Below, in pieces: positions 1-12,330 of a DNA stretch of 64,000 bases. This stretch comes from Podarcis muralis. Its lineage: Eukaryota. Every line of letters starts with the position of its first letter. The first letter of the stretch is position 1. The notes below the pieces were generated by a model, which was not told the origin of the DNA, made no database searches, and saw only the letters and a list, made by a program, of their open reading frames with translations. Location: assembly GCF_964188315.1 (NCBI RefSeq), contig NC_135670.1, forward strand, positions 15,748,001 through 15,812,000. The letters are read 5' to 3'. A program made the position numbers and the translations under genes.

Positions 1-76
1 CAGGGGTGGCTTCATAAGTCCAGCAGCCTGTGGCCAGCAGCACCGAGAGGACTGCGGCAGAGAGGAGAGTTGGCAT
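1..76 (-). CDS. GPHA2: Glycoprotein hormone alpha-2, first coding exon (partial, runs off the left edge)
   Basis: Acceptor tctctttcag| at 91-100, ATG at 76. Translation MPTLLSAAVLSVLLATGCWTYEATP(G) is a signal peptide followed by EATPG, matching my recollection of human GPHA2 EAVIPG-CHLHP. GPHA2 is near ARL2/SNX15 in human, which supports the call. Only 25 codons are visible. Confidence 0.68.
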   Translation of the reverse strand, partial: MPTLLSAAVLSVLLATGCWTYEATP

Positions 77-284
77 GGCCTCTGGGGTCTCTGAAAGAGA
101 GAGGCTTGGCATTGGCAAATACACAAGGCAACATCAGTGTGTGAGAGAGGGAGGGAGGGAGAGAGTGCACAAAACAGCACACATAGGACTGTTGGGTGAG
201 ACAGGACCATGCAAAAGTCATCTAGTTTGTCCCCCTGAAATGCAGAAATCACAGCTAAAGAATCCCTGGCAGATGGCCATCTAA

Positions 285-535
285 TCTCTTTTTAAAAAAC
301 TGCAAGGAAGGAGAGTCTACTACCTTCCGAGGAAGCCCGTTCCACTGTCAAACAGCTCTTACCATCGGAAGGTTCTTGGTAATGTTTAGATGGAATTTCC
401 TTCCTTGCCATTTGAATCTGTTGGTTCAGGTCCTCCCTTCTGGAGCAGCAGAAAACAAGCTTGCTCCATCCTCCATGGAACAGCCCTTCAGATATTTGAA
501 GACATCTATCCTATCCCCCCCCCCCCGTCTTCTCT
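285..535 (-). mobile_element. CR1 LINE 3' fragment
   Basis: Reverse complement resembles the CR1 ORF2 end (ctgctccagaag...ccatctaaacatt...aagagctgtttgacagtggaac), homologous to the copies at 7054 and 55392. Confidence 0.75.
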
Positions 536-557
536 GGTTGTGGCGTCAAAGCCACCT

Positions 558-916
558 AAAGGTAAAGGTACCCCTGCCCGTACGGGCCAGTCTTGCCAGA
601 CTCTAGGGTTGTGCGCTCATCTCACTCTAGAGGCCGGGAGCCAGCGCTGTCCGCAGACACTTCCGGGTCACGTGGCCAGCGTGACAAGCTGCATCTGGCG
701 AGCCAGCGCAGCACACGGAAACGCCGTTTACCTTCCCGCTGGTAAGCGGTCCCTATTTATCTACTTGCACCTGAAGGTGCTTTCGAACTGCTAGGTTGGC
801 AGGTGCTGGGACCGAACGACGGGAGCGCACCCCGCCGTGGGGATTCGAACCGCCGACCTTTCGATCGGCAAGTCCTAGGCGCTGAGGCTTTAACCCACAG
901 CACCACCCGTGTCCCT
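558..916 (-). mobile_element. Sauria SINE, full length, 14-bp TSD
   Basis: tRNA-like head with box B GTTCGAATCC and an (ACCTTT)n tail. TSD cgtcaaagccacct at 544-557 and 917-930. Confidence 0.93.
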
Positions 917-1504
917 CGTCAAAGCCACCTGGTTCCCTCCAAATGCTTTGGACTGCAAACTCCCACCACCCCCAGCCAACATGGCCATTTTGAACTACAA
1001 CTCCCAGTCATCTTGGCCGAGGCTGATGGGAGTTGTAGATTTCTCCCAGATGTTTTGGACTAAAGTTTTTAAAAACTGCAACAGCTGCTGGCAATGACCT
1101 GCTTGTGATGTCTCAACAACCTATTTGCAGCATCAAGTCCCCTGCCCAACCCTCTCCAGGTCTAATTGCGCACCAATCAATTGGGACGTGCCATTTGCAC
1201 ATCTTGTTGAGTGTGCAAAGTGGTTTTGAACAAAAGAACTTGTTTGCTGGATCAGGCCAGTGGCCCAGCCAGTCCAGTATCCTGTTCTTACAGTGGCCAA
1301 CCAGATGTCTGTGGAAACCAGCAACTCTCAACTGGTATTCAGAAGCATTTTTTGCTCCAATGTGGAGGCAGAGCATAGCCAATGTAGCTAGTAGCAATCG
1401 ATACCCCCATGAATCTGTCTAATCCTCTTCTAAAGCTGTCTAGGTTGCTGGCCTTCACTGACTCGTGTGGCAGTGAGTTCCATAGATAAACTACATTGAA
1501 AGTA

Positions 1505-1735
1505 CAGTGGTACTTGGGGTTAAGAACTAAATTCGTTCTGGAGGTCTGTTCTTAACCTGAAACTGTTCTTAACCTGAGGTACCACTTTAGCTAATGGGGC
1601 CTCCCGCTGCTGCCGCACTATTTCTGTTCTCATCCTGAAGCAAAGTTCTTAACCCGAGGTACTATTTCTGGGTTAGTGGAGTCTGTAACCTGAAGCGTCT
1701 GTAACCTGAAGCGTATGTAACCCGAGGTACCACTG
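1505..1735. mobile_element. Tc1/mariner(Tigger)-like MITE
   Basis: TA-flanked; TIRs cagtggtac(t)tggggtt / aacccgaggtaccactg. Same family as 29013, 36501 and 52333. Confidence 0.85.
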
Positions 1736-1912
1736 TAGTGGATAAAGTTAAGCTTTATTTTGCAACCTTTATCCCTTGCAGCATCACTCCAAGGCTGACT
1801 ATGACTTGCCCAAAATCCCATCCTCTGCCTGCGGGTCAGTTTGCATCACCCAGATTATCCTTGCAAACTGTGCTCTGAGTCCTAACCAGCCCCCATGTGC
1901 TCATGCACTTAC

Positions 1913-2040
1913 CTGCAGACCTTGATGGAATTATTCCAGCAGGCTAACAAAGCAGACTTTGACTTGTCTCCAGTCCTGAGAGATGTCTGTATCTCAGGTG
2001 GCTGCCTCTCCTCTTCACCTGAGCTCTTTCCTTTTTAAGC
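1913..2040 (-). promoter_or_regulatory. Probable non-coding exon 1 and core promoter of GPHA2
   Basis: Consensus donor CAG|GTAAGT on the minus strand (plus 1907-1915). TATA-like CTTAAAAAGG on the minus strand near 2031-2040. Lies directly upstream of the acceptor at 91. Confidence 0.45.
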
Positions 2041-2329
2041 TCCCACCTCCCTTGTCTCCCCACCCACTTCATCTTGACTGGGAGAAGTAAAGCGGTGCCA
2101 CTCACGCAGCAGCCCGCCCGCCTGCCAAAAGCGAAGCCCCACTGAAACCCAAGCGCCACAACGTGTCTGCCCTTCCAAGTTCCTGGAATGATTCTGCTGT
2201 TCTGGGCCCTGCTGCCTTGCAGTAACCGAGCCCGCAGCTGGCTAGCTAGACTTCCCCAAACACCTGCAATCCGCCCCCAACATAGAATATCTGCGCAAGA
2301 AAAAGCACAGAATGTGGGGGGAGCCTTGG

Positions 2330-3075
2330 CTGAGGTGCGTTAAGAACACAAGAAACTGGCTAAACTGACATGCAAACTGCGAGATAAGGACAACTGTGAC
2401 TTCAAAGAAGAATGGGAACTTTTTACAAATTATCTAAAAAGACAACAAAATGAACTGGACTCCTTGGCAGGTTTTGAATAAATATACACAAATTTATTGA
2501 TGGTTAATATAGTAGATAGGGACGCGGGTGGCGCTGTGGGTAAAATCTCAGCGCCTAGGACTTGCCGATTGTATGGTCGGTGGTTCGAATCCCCGTGGTG
2601 GGGTGAGCTCCCGTCGTTCGGTCCCAGCTCCTGTCCACCTAGCAGTTCGAAAGCACCCTTAAGTGCAAGTAGATAAATAGGTACCGCTTTCTAGCGGGAA
2701 GGTAAACGGCGTTTCCGTGTGCTGTGCTGGCTCGCCAGATGCAGCTTTGTCACGCTGGCCACGTGACCCGGAAGTGTCTTCGGACAGCGCTGGCCCCCGG
2801 CCTCTTAAGCGAGATGGGCGCACCAACCCCAGTCGGTCACGACTGGCCCGTACGGGCAGGGGTACCTTTACCTTTACCTTTAATATAGTAGATAGATAAT
2901 ATAAGAATCTATACAATTTTATAGTATGCAGATAACAATATGTGTTGAGAAATCAGAGAGAGGAGCTGAGGGAAGTCTTGGGGGGAGGGGAAAAAGGGGG
3001 GAATAATGAAGATGATATGTTTTGATATTTTGTTATGTTGAAATTGTTAACAAAAAAAATTAAGGAAAAAAAAGA
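2330..3075 (+). mobile_element. L1-like LINE 3' remnant interrupted by a Sauria SINE
   Basis: ORF-end-like reading EEWELFTNYLKRQQNELDSLAGFE*, followed by a G-rich and then A-rich 3' tail. Similar remnant at 8925-9440. Confidence 0.5.
2520..2879 (+). mobile_element. Sauria SINE, full length, about 16-bp TSD
   Basis: Head gggacgcgggtggcgctgtggg, tail cctttacctttacctt. TSD ttaatatagtagatag at 2504-2519 and 2880-2895. Confidence 0.92.
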
Positions 3076-3928
3076 ACACAAGAAGAGACTGCTGGATCAG
3101 GCCTGTGACCCATCTAGTCCAGCATCCTCTTCTCACAGTGGCCCACCCACAAGGGAAACATACCACCAGCAGCATTTGAGCACAAAAGCCCTCCCCTCTC
3201 CTGCAGTTTCCAGCAACTTGTATTCAGAAACATTTCCTGCCTCTGACCATGACGTTGGTGGCCATTCACTGCCCCCTGTGGCAGTGAGTTCCATAGTTTA
3301 GCAATGTAATGAGTGAGTTTCATTGGAGGTCCACTAACCCCAATATTATCTCTTCCTGGCACCATGACATTCTCTGACAGCCCCCTTGGCACTCATCAAG
3401 ACCCTGTCCTCCCCCTGCCCGCCCGTTTGAATTTAAATCAAGTTTTTATGGGGGGGTGGCTTTCCCGGGGAGGGTGTTGTCTATTCCTTCCTTCCTTTCA
3501 TTTATGTTGGGGTGTGTTTAGGTGTCTTGCAGAGAGGTTCTGAGCACAGCCAGGTTTTTTTTCTGCTGCAGAATAAGCATTTTGCCATGCCCACCACAAG
3601 AACCCCCGGAACCCAAGAAGGTAGAGGACTCTAAGGCAAGGGATCAGGGCTGGAAAGCTGGAATTATCTCAGCCTTATATAGAAGCAAATCTTCCCTTAT
3701 ACCAGCTCAGGATATTTGTTCATCATGCTCTGACCAGCAGCAGCTGTCCAGGGCTCTTAGACAGGGAGTCACTTCCAGCCCTGCCTGGAGTTGCCATTGG
3801 GGACTGAACCTTTTGCACCCAAATTTAATACTCAGCTGCTGAGTTATAGTCCTCCTGATAAAAAAAGCTGCCCCAAACAAATCTGTTGTCTACTGTGGGT
3901 TTTTAAAACTGTTTTTGTTGCTCTACCT

Positions 3929-4073
3929 GGATAGCTCACTTGGTTAGACCATGGTGCTGATAACGCCAAGGTTGCAAGTCCGAATCCCTGTATGGGACAG
4001 CTGCATATTCCTGCATTGCAGGGGGTTGGACTAGATGATCCTCAGGGTCCCTTCCAACTCTACGATTCTAGGA
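3929..4073 (+). mobile_element. tRNA-derived SINE with CR1-type 3' tail
   Basis: Box A-like tagctcacttggttag, degenerate box B gtccgaatcc, then ggggttggactagatgatcc...ccttccaactctacgattcta as in CR1 3' ends. Confidence 0.7.
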
Positions 4074-4763
4074 TATGTGAGCATAAGGAGATAGGTGGAC
4101 AGATTTGGACAAGGGGCATCAGTGGCTGTTGCCCATCCAGTCCACCTCCTCCTGGGGAAACTGCCCAATGGGAACAGCAGGCGAAGGCTCATAGCTTAGT
4201 GGAAGTGCTTTGAAGGCACCAGCTACAATCCTCACTGGCACCTCCAGAGAGGGCTGGGAGAGAGCTCTCTCTGAAACCCAGAAGAGCTGCTGCCAGTCAG
4301 AGCAGGAAACACAGAACTAGATGGACCAATGGTTTGGCATGGCAGCTTCCTCCTGTTCCTGTGCTGGGAATCAGGAAGGAGAAGCCCCAGGCTGAAGGTG
4401 TTCAAGGGACCAGAAAGGGAAACCCCTGCGGGCCAAGCTCTGTGAGCTGAGCTAGCGGGCAGGCGCCAAGGCAGCCTGTTTCCTTGCCAAGGGGCCTGAC
4501 AGTCTTCTGGCTCTTATGTGCACTAAGTGGGTAATTCTGTTGCTTCGGCAAAGATGCAATCGCCCTTTCGAGCGGTGCTTTATCCATTTTGATGTTGAGG
4601 TTATTCCAGGACACAAGGCTCTTGCTCCACCCAGGAGGACCCTCGCAGAGATGCAGCTGGATTGTGACTATCAGGTCTGCAGCAACATTTCTTTATTGAA
4701 TTTATATGCCCTCCTTCTCCCCAAAGGAGAAGAGGGCATCGAACAACAAGCGATGAAATAATA

Positions 4764-6697
4764 CTAATAAAAGCAATCCCAGTACAGGTGCGGACGAGAG
4801 TCGAGATCCACACTTAAAGGGCTCGTTGGGAGAGGAAGGTCTTCAGTAGGTGCTGGAAAAAATGACAGAGATGGCGCCTAAGACAGTGAATAGTTCCCAA
4901 AGTGAGGGTACCACCCCCTGGGTGGCAGTGGAATTCGGGGGGGGGTCTCTAAGAAGCAAGGGGGCAGCAAGGGGTGCTAGAAGCAAGAACATTATGTAGG
5001 ATCCCTTGCACCCTTGGCAAGGAGATGTTAGTCATTTGGAGGAGCGAAGGAGCACATGGCAAAGTAGGTGGGCTCCTAGCTACTCCCAGCCAGAGTGGAG
5101 AGGCACAATTTTGTGCCCCCCGCCCCCAATTCCGGGCCTGCGCCCTTGTGGGGGGGGGGTGTCAATCTTTCCAACTCCTGCCTAGAAGTATGAATGACTA
5201 TAAGGCTTTGAAAAGCTGGTATTATCATTGCATCAAGTTAATCCGTTTGGTGGAATTTACCTGGATTTTGTACAAATGTGCAATTAAATTGTTCCTGATT
5301 TGAACGCTACTGTATTGAGTTATTGTCTTCCTAGGCGGTTCATGCAAGATACTATTCCGCATCATGCTTTTTACAGGGTAGGGAAAGGGGCCACTGGGGA
5401 CGAGTCTTATGAAACCGAAGGGGCAGCGGCTGGAAAAAGTTTGGGAACCATTGCTCTAGGAAGTCGCCTTCTACCAGGTCAGACTCTTGGTCTGACCTGG
5501 TAGACAATATTGTCTGCTCTGACAGGCAGCAGCTCAGGCAGAGGCCATTCCCATCAATTCCTACCGGATCGTTCGAACTGGAGGTACTGGGAATTGAACC
5601 AGTGTCCTTGTGCATGCAGAGCTTGGGTTCTTTTGCCATTGAGCTATGACCTTCCCTAAATGAATTGTCTCTTTGTTCATTTATAAATCTAATAAATAAA
5701 TAAATAAATAAATTTTGTAGCCCATTCAATCCTCTTTGTCTCTTGCTGGGGCATTTCAGGGACATGTTAAGGGTATCGCAAGCATAATTGGAGTCAAACT
5801 GGAATCCTTTAACTGCCAAGAGAAGCTGCCCTCATGGAGCATGTTGGTCCTCCTACCTCTGTACTGCCTGCTCTGACTGGCAGCATTTATCTACTCTCTG
5901 GGCAGGGAAAAAGTCTGTATGCAAAGAGTGTGCTCTGTCATTGGCATGAGACTTTACTGCTAAGTATACATGCTAAGTATACATGTATAGGGATGTGGGT
6001 GGCGCTGTGGGTTAAACCACAGAGCCTAGGACTTGCCGATCAGAAGGTTGGCAGTTCGAATCCCCGCGACGGGGTGAGCTCCCGTTGCTCGGTCCCAGCT
6101 CCTGCCAACCTAGCAGTTCGAAAGCACATCAAAGTGCAAGTAGATAAATAGGTACCGCTCTGGTGGGAAGGTAAACGGCGTTTCCGTGTGCTGCTCTGGT
6201 TTGCCAGAAGCGGCTTAGTCATGCTGGCCACATGACCCGGAAGCTGTACGCTGGCTCCCTTGGCCAATAAAGCGAGATGAGTGCTGCAATCCCAGACTCG
6301 GCCACGACTGGACCGAATGGTCAGGGATCCCTTTACCTTTTTATACACGCTTTAACAAGCACTGCAGCGGTGAATTGCATTCATGCACCCAGGTTTCAAG
6401 TCCAAATCTGCTTTGCCCAGTAACTGACTTCCCTTGGTGGGGCAGAAAATCAGTGCTGTGCACCACCCATCTAGGTCCAGTGGCTTGCCTTTTCGGCCTT
6501 GGTGGAGGCTGGGCTCTTCAGCCAGACAAGGCATTTCCTCCTCCTTCTCCTCTTGGGAGTTTCCACTCACCTGCCCTGGGCGAGAGAAGACTTGCTCTAT
6601 CCAGCTGAAGAACAGGAGACTGAAGGGCCTTTGTGTGCCAGAGAGGCTTGCCCCGCTTTTTCCACAGTGCCTCCAGAGCAAAAGATAAGCCACCCAT
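4764..6697 (-). CDS. Candidate 71-aa microprotein, 2 coding exons (6697-6571, 4852-4764), no recognised family
   Basis: Strong acceptor ccctttcttcccttcag| (exon from 6787). First ATG in Kozak context ACAATGG. Donor CAG|GTGAGT at 6570. Acceptor ttttttccag| at 4853 is phase-compatible. TAG at 4764-4766, AATAAA at 4692-4697. No homology recognised. Confidence 0.3.
5990..6341 (+). mobile_element. Sauria SINE
   Basis: Full head, body and cctttacctttt tail, near-identical to the other copies. Confidence 0.92.
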
Positions 6698-7053
6698 TGT
6701 TTGGTTCCTTGAGCGCTTCTGATGGAATTGCTCAGTCAGAAAAGCTGAAGGGTGTCAAATCCACAAATCCGCTGGTTCCAAAACTGCCTGAAGGGAAGAA
6801 AGGGCAGAATGCAGCAAGAACATCTCAAATACATGCATGCATCCCTCCCCCCCTCTCTTTTTCTTCCAAAGGCCAGGCTGGTGCTCAACCACGGCACTTT
6901 AAAAGTGGGTGCTACTGTCCCATGGGGGGTTACCTGGGGGCGCAAGGTGGTGGCAGGAGGGGTCTGGAAGTATAAATAACTATCAGACTTTGAAAAACTG
7001 TCCTGATTCTTCTGACATTCCACTTCATTGGATCCAGTAGCATACCCTCCAAC

Positions 7054-7729
7054 AAGGATCTAGGAGTCTTGGTTGACCACAAACTTGACATGAGCCAACA
7101 GTGTGACGCGGCCGCTAAAAAAGCCAATGCAATTCTGGGCTGCATCAATAGGAGTATAGCATCTAGATCAAGGGAAGTAATAGTGCCACTGTATTCTGCT
7201 CTGGTCAGACCTCACCTGGAGTACTTTGTCCAGTACTGGGCACCACAGTTCAAGAAGGACACTGATAAACTGGAACGTGTCCAGAGGAGGGCAACCAAAA
7301 TGGTCAAAGGCCTGGAAACGATGCCTTATGAGGAACGGCTAAGGGAGCTGGGCATGTTTAGCCTGGAGAAGAGGAGGTTAAGGGGTGATATGATAGCCAT
7401 GTTCAAATATATAAAAGGATGTCATATAGAGGAGGGAGAAAGGTTGTTTTCTGCTGCTCCAGAGAAGCGGACACGAAGCAATGGATCCAAACTACAAGAA
7501 AGAAGATTCCACCTAAACATTAGGAAGAACTTCCTGACAGTAAGAGCTGTTCGACAGTGGAATTTGCTGCCAAGGAGTGTGGTGGAGTCTCCTTCTTTGG
7601 AGGTCTTTAAGCAGAGGCTTGACAACCATATGTCAGGAGTGCTCTGATGGTGTTTCCTGCTTGGCAGGGGGTTGGACTCGATGGCCCTTGTGGTCTATTC
7701 CAACTCTATGATTCTATGATTCTATGATT
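7054..7729 (+). mobile_element. Young CR1 LINE, 5'-truncated (RT C-terminus + 3' UTR)
   Basis: ORF 7069-7647 reads [43 protein letters not shown], the typical CR1 ORF2 end. (ATTCTATG)n tail. Confidence 0.95.
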
Positions 7730-7758
7730 TCTCAGATGAAAATGGCGATGTCCTATTC

Positions 7759-7793
<35 letters not shown>

Positions 7794-7880
7794 TATCAAT
7801 CTGACTGGGTTGCCCCAGCCACTCTGGGCAGCTTTCAACACACACACACACACACACTCTAAAACATTAAAAGAACTATA

Positions 7881-8118
7881 CAGGAGTACCTCAGTTTACA
7901 AACTTCCGTTCCGGAAGTCCATTCTTAAATCGAAACCGTTCTTAAACCGAGGTGCACTTTCCCTATTGAGGCCTCCCACCGACAGTGCCTTTCCATGGTT
8001 CGGATTCCGTTCTTAGACTGAGGTAAAGTTCTCAAACCAAGACACTATTTCCAGTTTTGAGGAGTTTGTAAACCAAATTGTTCTTAAACCGGACTGTTCT
8101 TAAACCGAGGTACCACTG
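7881..8118. mobile_element. Tc1/mariner-like MITE (related subfamily)
   Basis: TA-flanked; caggagtacctcagttt / aaaccgaggtaccactg imperfect TIRs. Confidence 0.75.
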
Positions 8119-8859
8119 TACAGGGTTGCCTTCAGACGTCTTCTAAAGGTTGTATAGTTAGTTATCTTCTTGGCTCGGGGGTCGCATAACTCCATACCCT
8201 CCAACTTTTCTCCAATGAAAATAGGGACGTCCTAAGGAAATGAGGGACGTTCCAGGATCAAATAAGAAACCGGGATGGCTTCTGTAAATCCGGGACTGCC
8301 CCTGGAAAATAGGGACACTTGGAGGGTCTGTTGTAGGAGAGGCGATGATTAGAAATGTTTCTTTGTAAGATAATGGCCATAGCTGCCGGCCAGTTAAGTG
8401 CTTCTCACAGCATCTAAATGAGGTTGCCTTGTTGCCATAGAGACAAATGGGTGGGCCTTTTCCCACCTCATCTTGCTGGATGCCAACATCCTCCTAGGGT
8501 GGTGAACAATAGGCCAAGCAATGATTCTGTGTAGGGAAGGGTTGTACGCAAGTGTTGGGCTGATGCTGGAAGTTGGAGACACAGAGGCATCTCTGCTCTG
8601 TGCTAGACTTTGAGGCTCTCCTGGAACCCTAGGGAGGATGCAAGATCTGTTGGGATGTTGATTCTGTGAGCGCCTCTATCCTAGGCTCAGGTGGCATATA
8701 TATGTGTGTGTGTGTTAATAAAACCATATCTTATGTATATTAGGGGTATATATTGAGGGGAGAGTTCTGCACCAAATGTACATATGTGATAAAATTGCAT
8801 ACCAAAATGGGAAATATGAGAAATGGAGACTAAAAATGCCAATGAATTTTCAGCAGCAG

Positions 8860-8896
<37 letters not shown>

Positions 8897-8924
8897 TGCC
8901 ACTACTGTGGTCTGTGTTTTGTTA

Positions 8925-9024
8925 GCCCAGAAATGGAAAATGAGTGAGGTCCCAACTAAAGAAGAATGGCAACTTAAGCTGACAGAATATGCACAGTTTG
9001 CAGACTTGACATATAGAATAAGAA

Positions 9025-9068
<44 letters not shown>

Positions 9069-9440
9069 CTTCATTGTTAATTTACAATCTGTGTACAGTG
9101 AAATTAACCAAGCCTCCACCCCCAAACACTCAATCTCATTGCACTCTGTGTGCTTGTCGCACAACACACCAACCCCAAAAGTCAGAATAAGAAGAATATA
9201 TGTTTAGAGAAGATTGAAAAATGTTTATTGAAAATGTTGGCAGCATAAAGATAAATTCAACAGTGTAAATAAGTTTTGATGGATGTAATTATGGAATACT
9301 GAATGGCTTAGTTTTTGTAAAAAAAATGCAGGGATTTATGAAACGCGAAATGAACCATGGAAAGAGAAGAAGGGAAGTCATTGGTATTTTAAGGATGTTT
9401 AAATGAGTATTCTAAATTGTAAAACAGAAAATTTATTTAA
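8925..9440 (+). mobile_element. L1-like 3' remnant carrying a secondary insertion
   Basis: Reads AQKWKMSEVPTKEEWQLKLTEYAQFADLTYRI, resembling an L1 ORF2 end, then an A/T-rich tail. Interrupted at 9028-9184. Confidence 0.5.
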
Positions 9441-12039
9441 TTAATAAATGGTGATGATGATGATGCACTGATGTGGAAATCTGTGGGGCTGAACTTAAGG
9501 CTTTGAATAACGAGAAACGCAGTGAAACTGAAATGGCTAGATTCACCCATCCCTCTTTCCTGAGCAGATGTTTCTGTGCTGAGAATGCCAGCTGCTTAGC
9601 AGACCACCAGCAGCTGCGACTCCTGCATTGCAGTGGGTTGAACTAAAAGACCATTGGGATTCCTTCCAACTCTCCAGTTCTCCGATTCTGCCACGCCAGG
9701 GACAAATGCTGTCCAGTGAAGCCTCAATGAGCTTCTCGGTGCTCTTAAGTCCCACCCAGACTCCTCTCTCCCACTCTGCTATGTGCACCCCTCCCCTCCC
9801 CCTTGGCAGAGCTGGCCTGGCAGAGCTTAAAATAGGAAATGGCCCATTAGCCTTTGGGTTGTACATCTGCCTTGTGCCCAGGGGCAGGGGCCAGGAGAAG
9901 TTACTGGAAGCAATAACGCAGGATAAAGCTCTTGCCATCAATATTTCATGGCGAGCTGGGGGGGGGGGTGTTGGATGCAGTCCTTGGGGAAAAGACGGGC
10001 TGCAAGCAATCTGTGGTGCTGCCAGGGCAGGGCTTTAGGGCAGACGTCCAGGGAATGGGCAGAAGGGCAGCAGAGGATGTTTGCTTGGCATATAATCTCA
10101 GGTGGGATAAATCCTGTTTCCATCGAAAGAGGGAACCCCCCCTCCTGCAAGTTCAGCCTTAGTCAACCAGACGTTTTGGACTAAAATATTGTGGGGAGGG
10201 GCAGTGTCAGACCCTCCAAGTGTCCGTATTTTCCAGGGACGTCCCTGATTTAGAGAACCCGTCCCAGTTTCTGATTTGATCCCAGAATGACCCGTTTTCC
10301 TTAAGAAGTCCCTATTTTCATTGGAGAAACGTTGGAGGGTATGGAGTTATCCAACCCCTGAGCTGTCTGAAGGCAATCCTATACAGGGAAGTTTTTATAA
10401 AAAAATGTTTAATGCTTTATTATGCTTTTATATATGTTGGAAGCCGCCCAGAGTGGCAGGGGCAGTGCTTTTTTTCTGGGGGTACATTTTGTGAATCTTT
10501 GTACTTTTGTCCATTTACTGTATTTATTTTTCCCAATTTTAACGATAAAATGGTGATTTTCTGCAGTCAAAAGAGGGTACCCCTAAACATTTTTTTTAAA
10601 GAAAAAAAGCACTGGGCTGGGGCAACCCAATAAGATGTGTGGGGTATAAATAATGAACTTATCATTATGGAATGGGACGTCCCTATTTTCATCGGAGAAA
10701 TGTTGAAGAGAATGCAGTGTGCGTTTGCGGGGAACGAACAGGTTTTAAAAACCACCTCCTTCCACCCTAGTCCTGATCTGGATTGGATCAGCTGCTTTTT
10801 CCTCATAAGAAAGAAAGCTGGGTGATCCTGAGCAGACTTTTAAGGAAATGCATTTAACATAATGTGTAGTTTGCAGTGCCCTTTTTAAGAAAAGAAAAAA
10901 GGTGCTGATATTCACCATGAAGCTGTTACAGTAAGTGCCACATTTTTAACATGTTGAGGAAAAGGTGCCAGTATTGCCTACCATTCAGTACCCCCCCCGG
11001 GGGGGGGGGGGGAGGAGCACTGGTAGTTTCACATAGGAAAAATCCCCCACCCCACAACTTGCTGCAATAATATAATACTCTGAGTTTATTATTTGTTTCT
11101 TAACATTTATATACCGCTTGGTGCTAAAAAAAAACCCATCAAGGCTCATTACAAAAAAGATGAAACAATACAATTCTTAATAAGAAAAATTAACAGTAAC
11201 TTCGGATTTTAAAGAAGTTGATATACGGTAACAAGAGACTAAAAGCAGATCAAGGCCTGCACCAACTTTCCAAACAACTGGGTCGCCTTGCCTAAACAAA
11301 AATGTTTTTTCGCAGGAACGAAATAAGTACAGTGAAGGCGCCTGCCTGATGTCAATAGGGCAGGGAGTAGGTCCTGCCACACGCAAAAATAGTGAGTTCT
11401 TACAAATGTAGAATGGGTATTATGTGGCACTTGTAACAGGGCCATTTCTGCCAATTGAAGTGGCCAGGTAGGAGTGAGGCGATCTCATAGCCCCAAGTTG
11501 TTTTGGGCCCCCAATGTCCCTAGGAATTGTGAGATATGCTCTGCGGAAAGCAGCTGCCCATCACTGTGCTCAGCTTGGGAATCCCCCACAAATTCCTTTG
11601 CAGCCTGCCAAATAAAACAGAAGGAAAATTGGGATGTGAATGCCAAAACTCAAGAGAGCGTGCAGAGGGGTGGGAGGCGGGAATAGGGGGTCTAGACAGA
11701 CCCCTGTGGATGACACTGTTTGAATGAAGTCTGAAGTGCCCTGGCACTCTCTGCTGACAGCGGAATCTTCCTGCCTGATCTTGCCCCGGCTAATAGCTTG
11801 CCTGGGTGCTTTTCAGAGAAATGATCCAACTTGGAAACAAAGATGAGGTACGATTCAAAAGAAAGAGAAGAAAGGAGGGCTTGTTCAGAGGTGGGGTGGC
11901 TTTCATCCTGTGTTTTCTTCTGCCTGTAGCCATAGAGACTGAGGGGGGGGGGGGGGAGACCACCAGGATAGTGAGATGGAAACATTCCCAAAGGAGAAAG
12001 CAGAGACTTTCTCCAGGGCTACCCTGTGAATTTCATGGA

Positions 12040-12330
12040 TGAAATATAAAGCCCTATATGGCTTAGGACCAGCCTATCTGAAGGACCGCATTCTCCCATA
12101 TGGACCTGCCTGGGCTCTGAGATCTTCAGGAAAGGCCCATCTTTTAGTCCTGCTACCTCCACAGGTATGCTTGGAGGAGACACAGGAGAGGGCCTTCTCC
12201 GTGGCTGCTCCCAGACTCTGGAACTCCCTCCCTGGAGAAGTCAAGCAGGCTCCCTCCTTGTTGTCCTTCAGCTGGCAGGGGAAAACTCTTTTATTTTGAC
12301 AGGCCTTTCTGAACTGACTGTTTTTTAAAG
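12040..12330 (+). mobile_element. L2 LINE 3' fragment
   Basis: YKALYGLGPAYLKDRI...RAFSVAAPRLWNSLP is the L2 ORF2 C-terminal signature. Confidence 0.85.

Noticed and set aside
6499-6975. 158-aa plus-strand ORF with a signal-peptide-like start
   Set aside because: It starts at TTG, has no supporting plus-strand splice sites, and overlaps a better-supported minus-strand exon.
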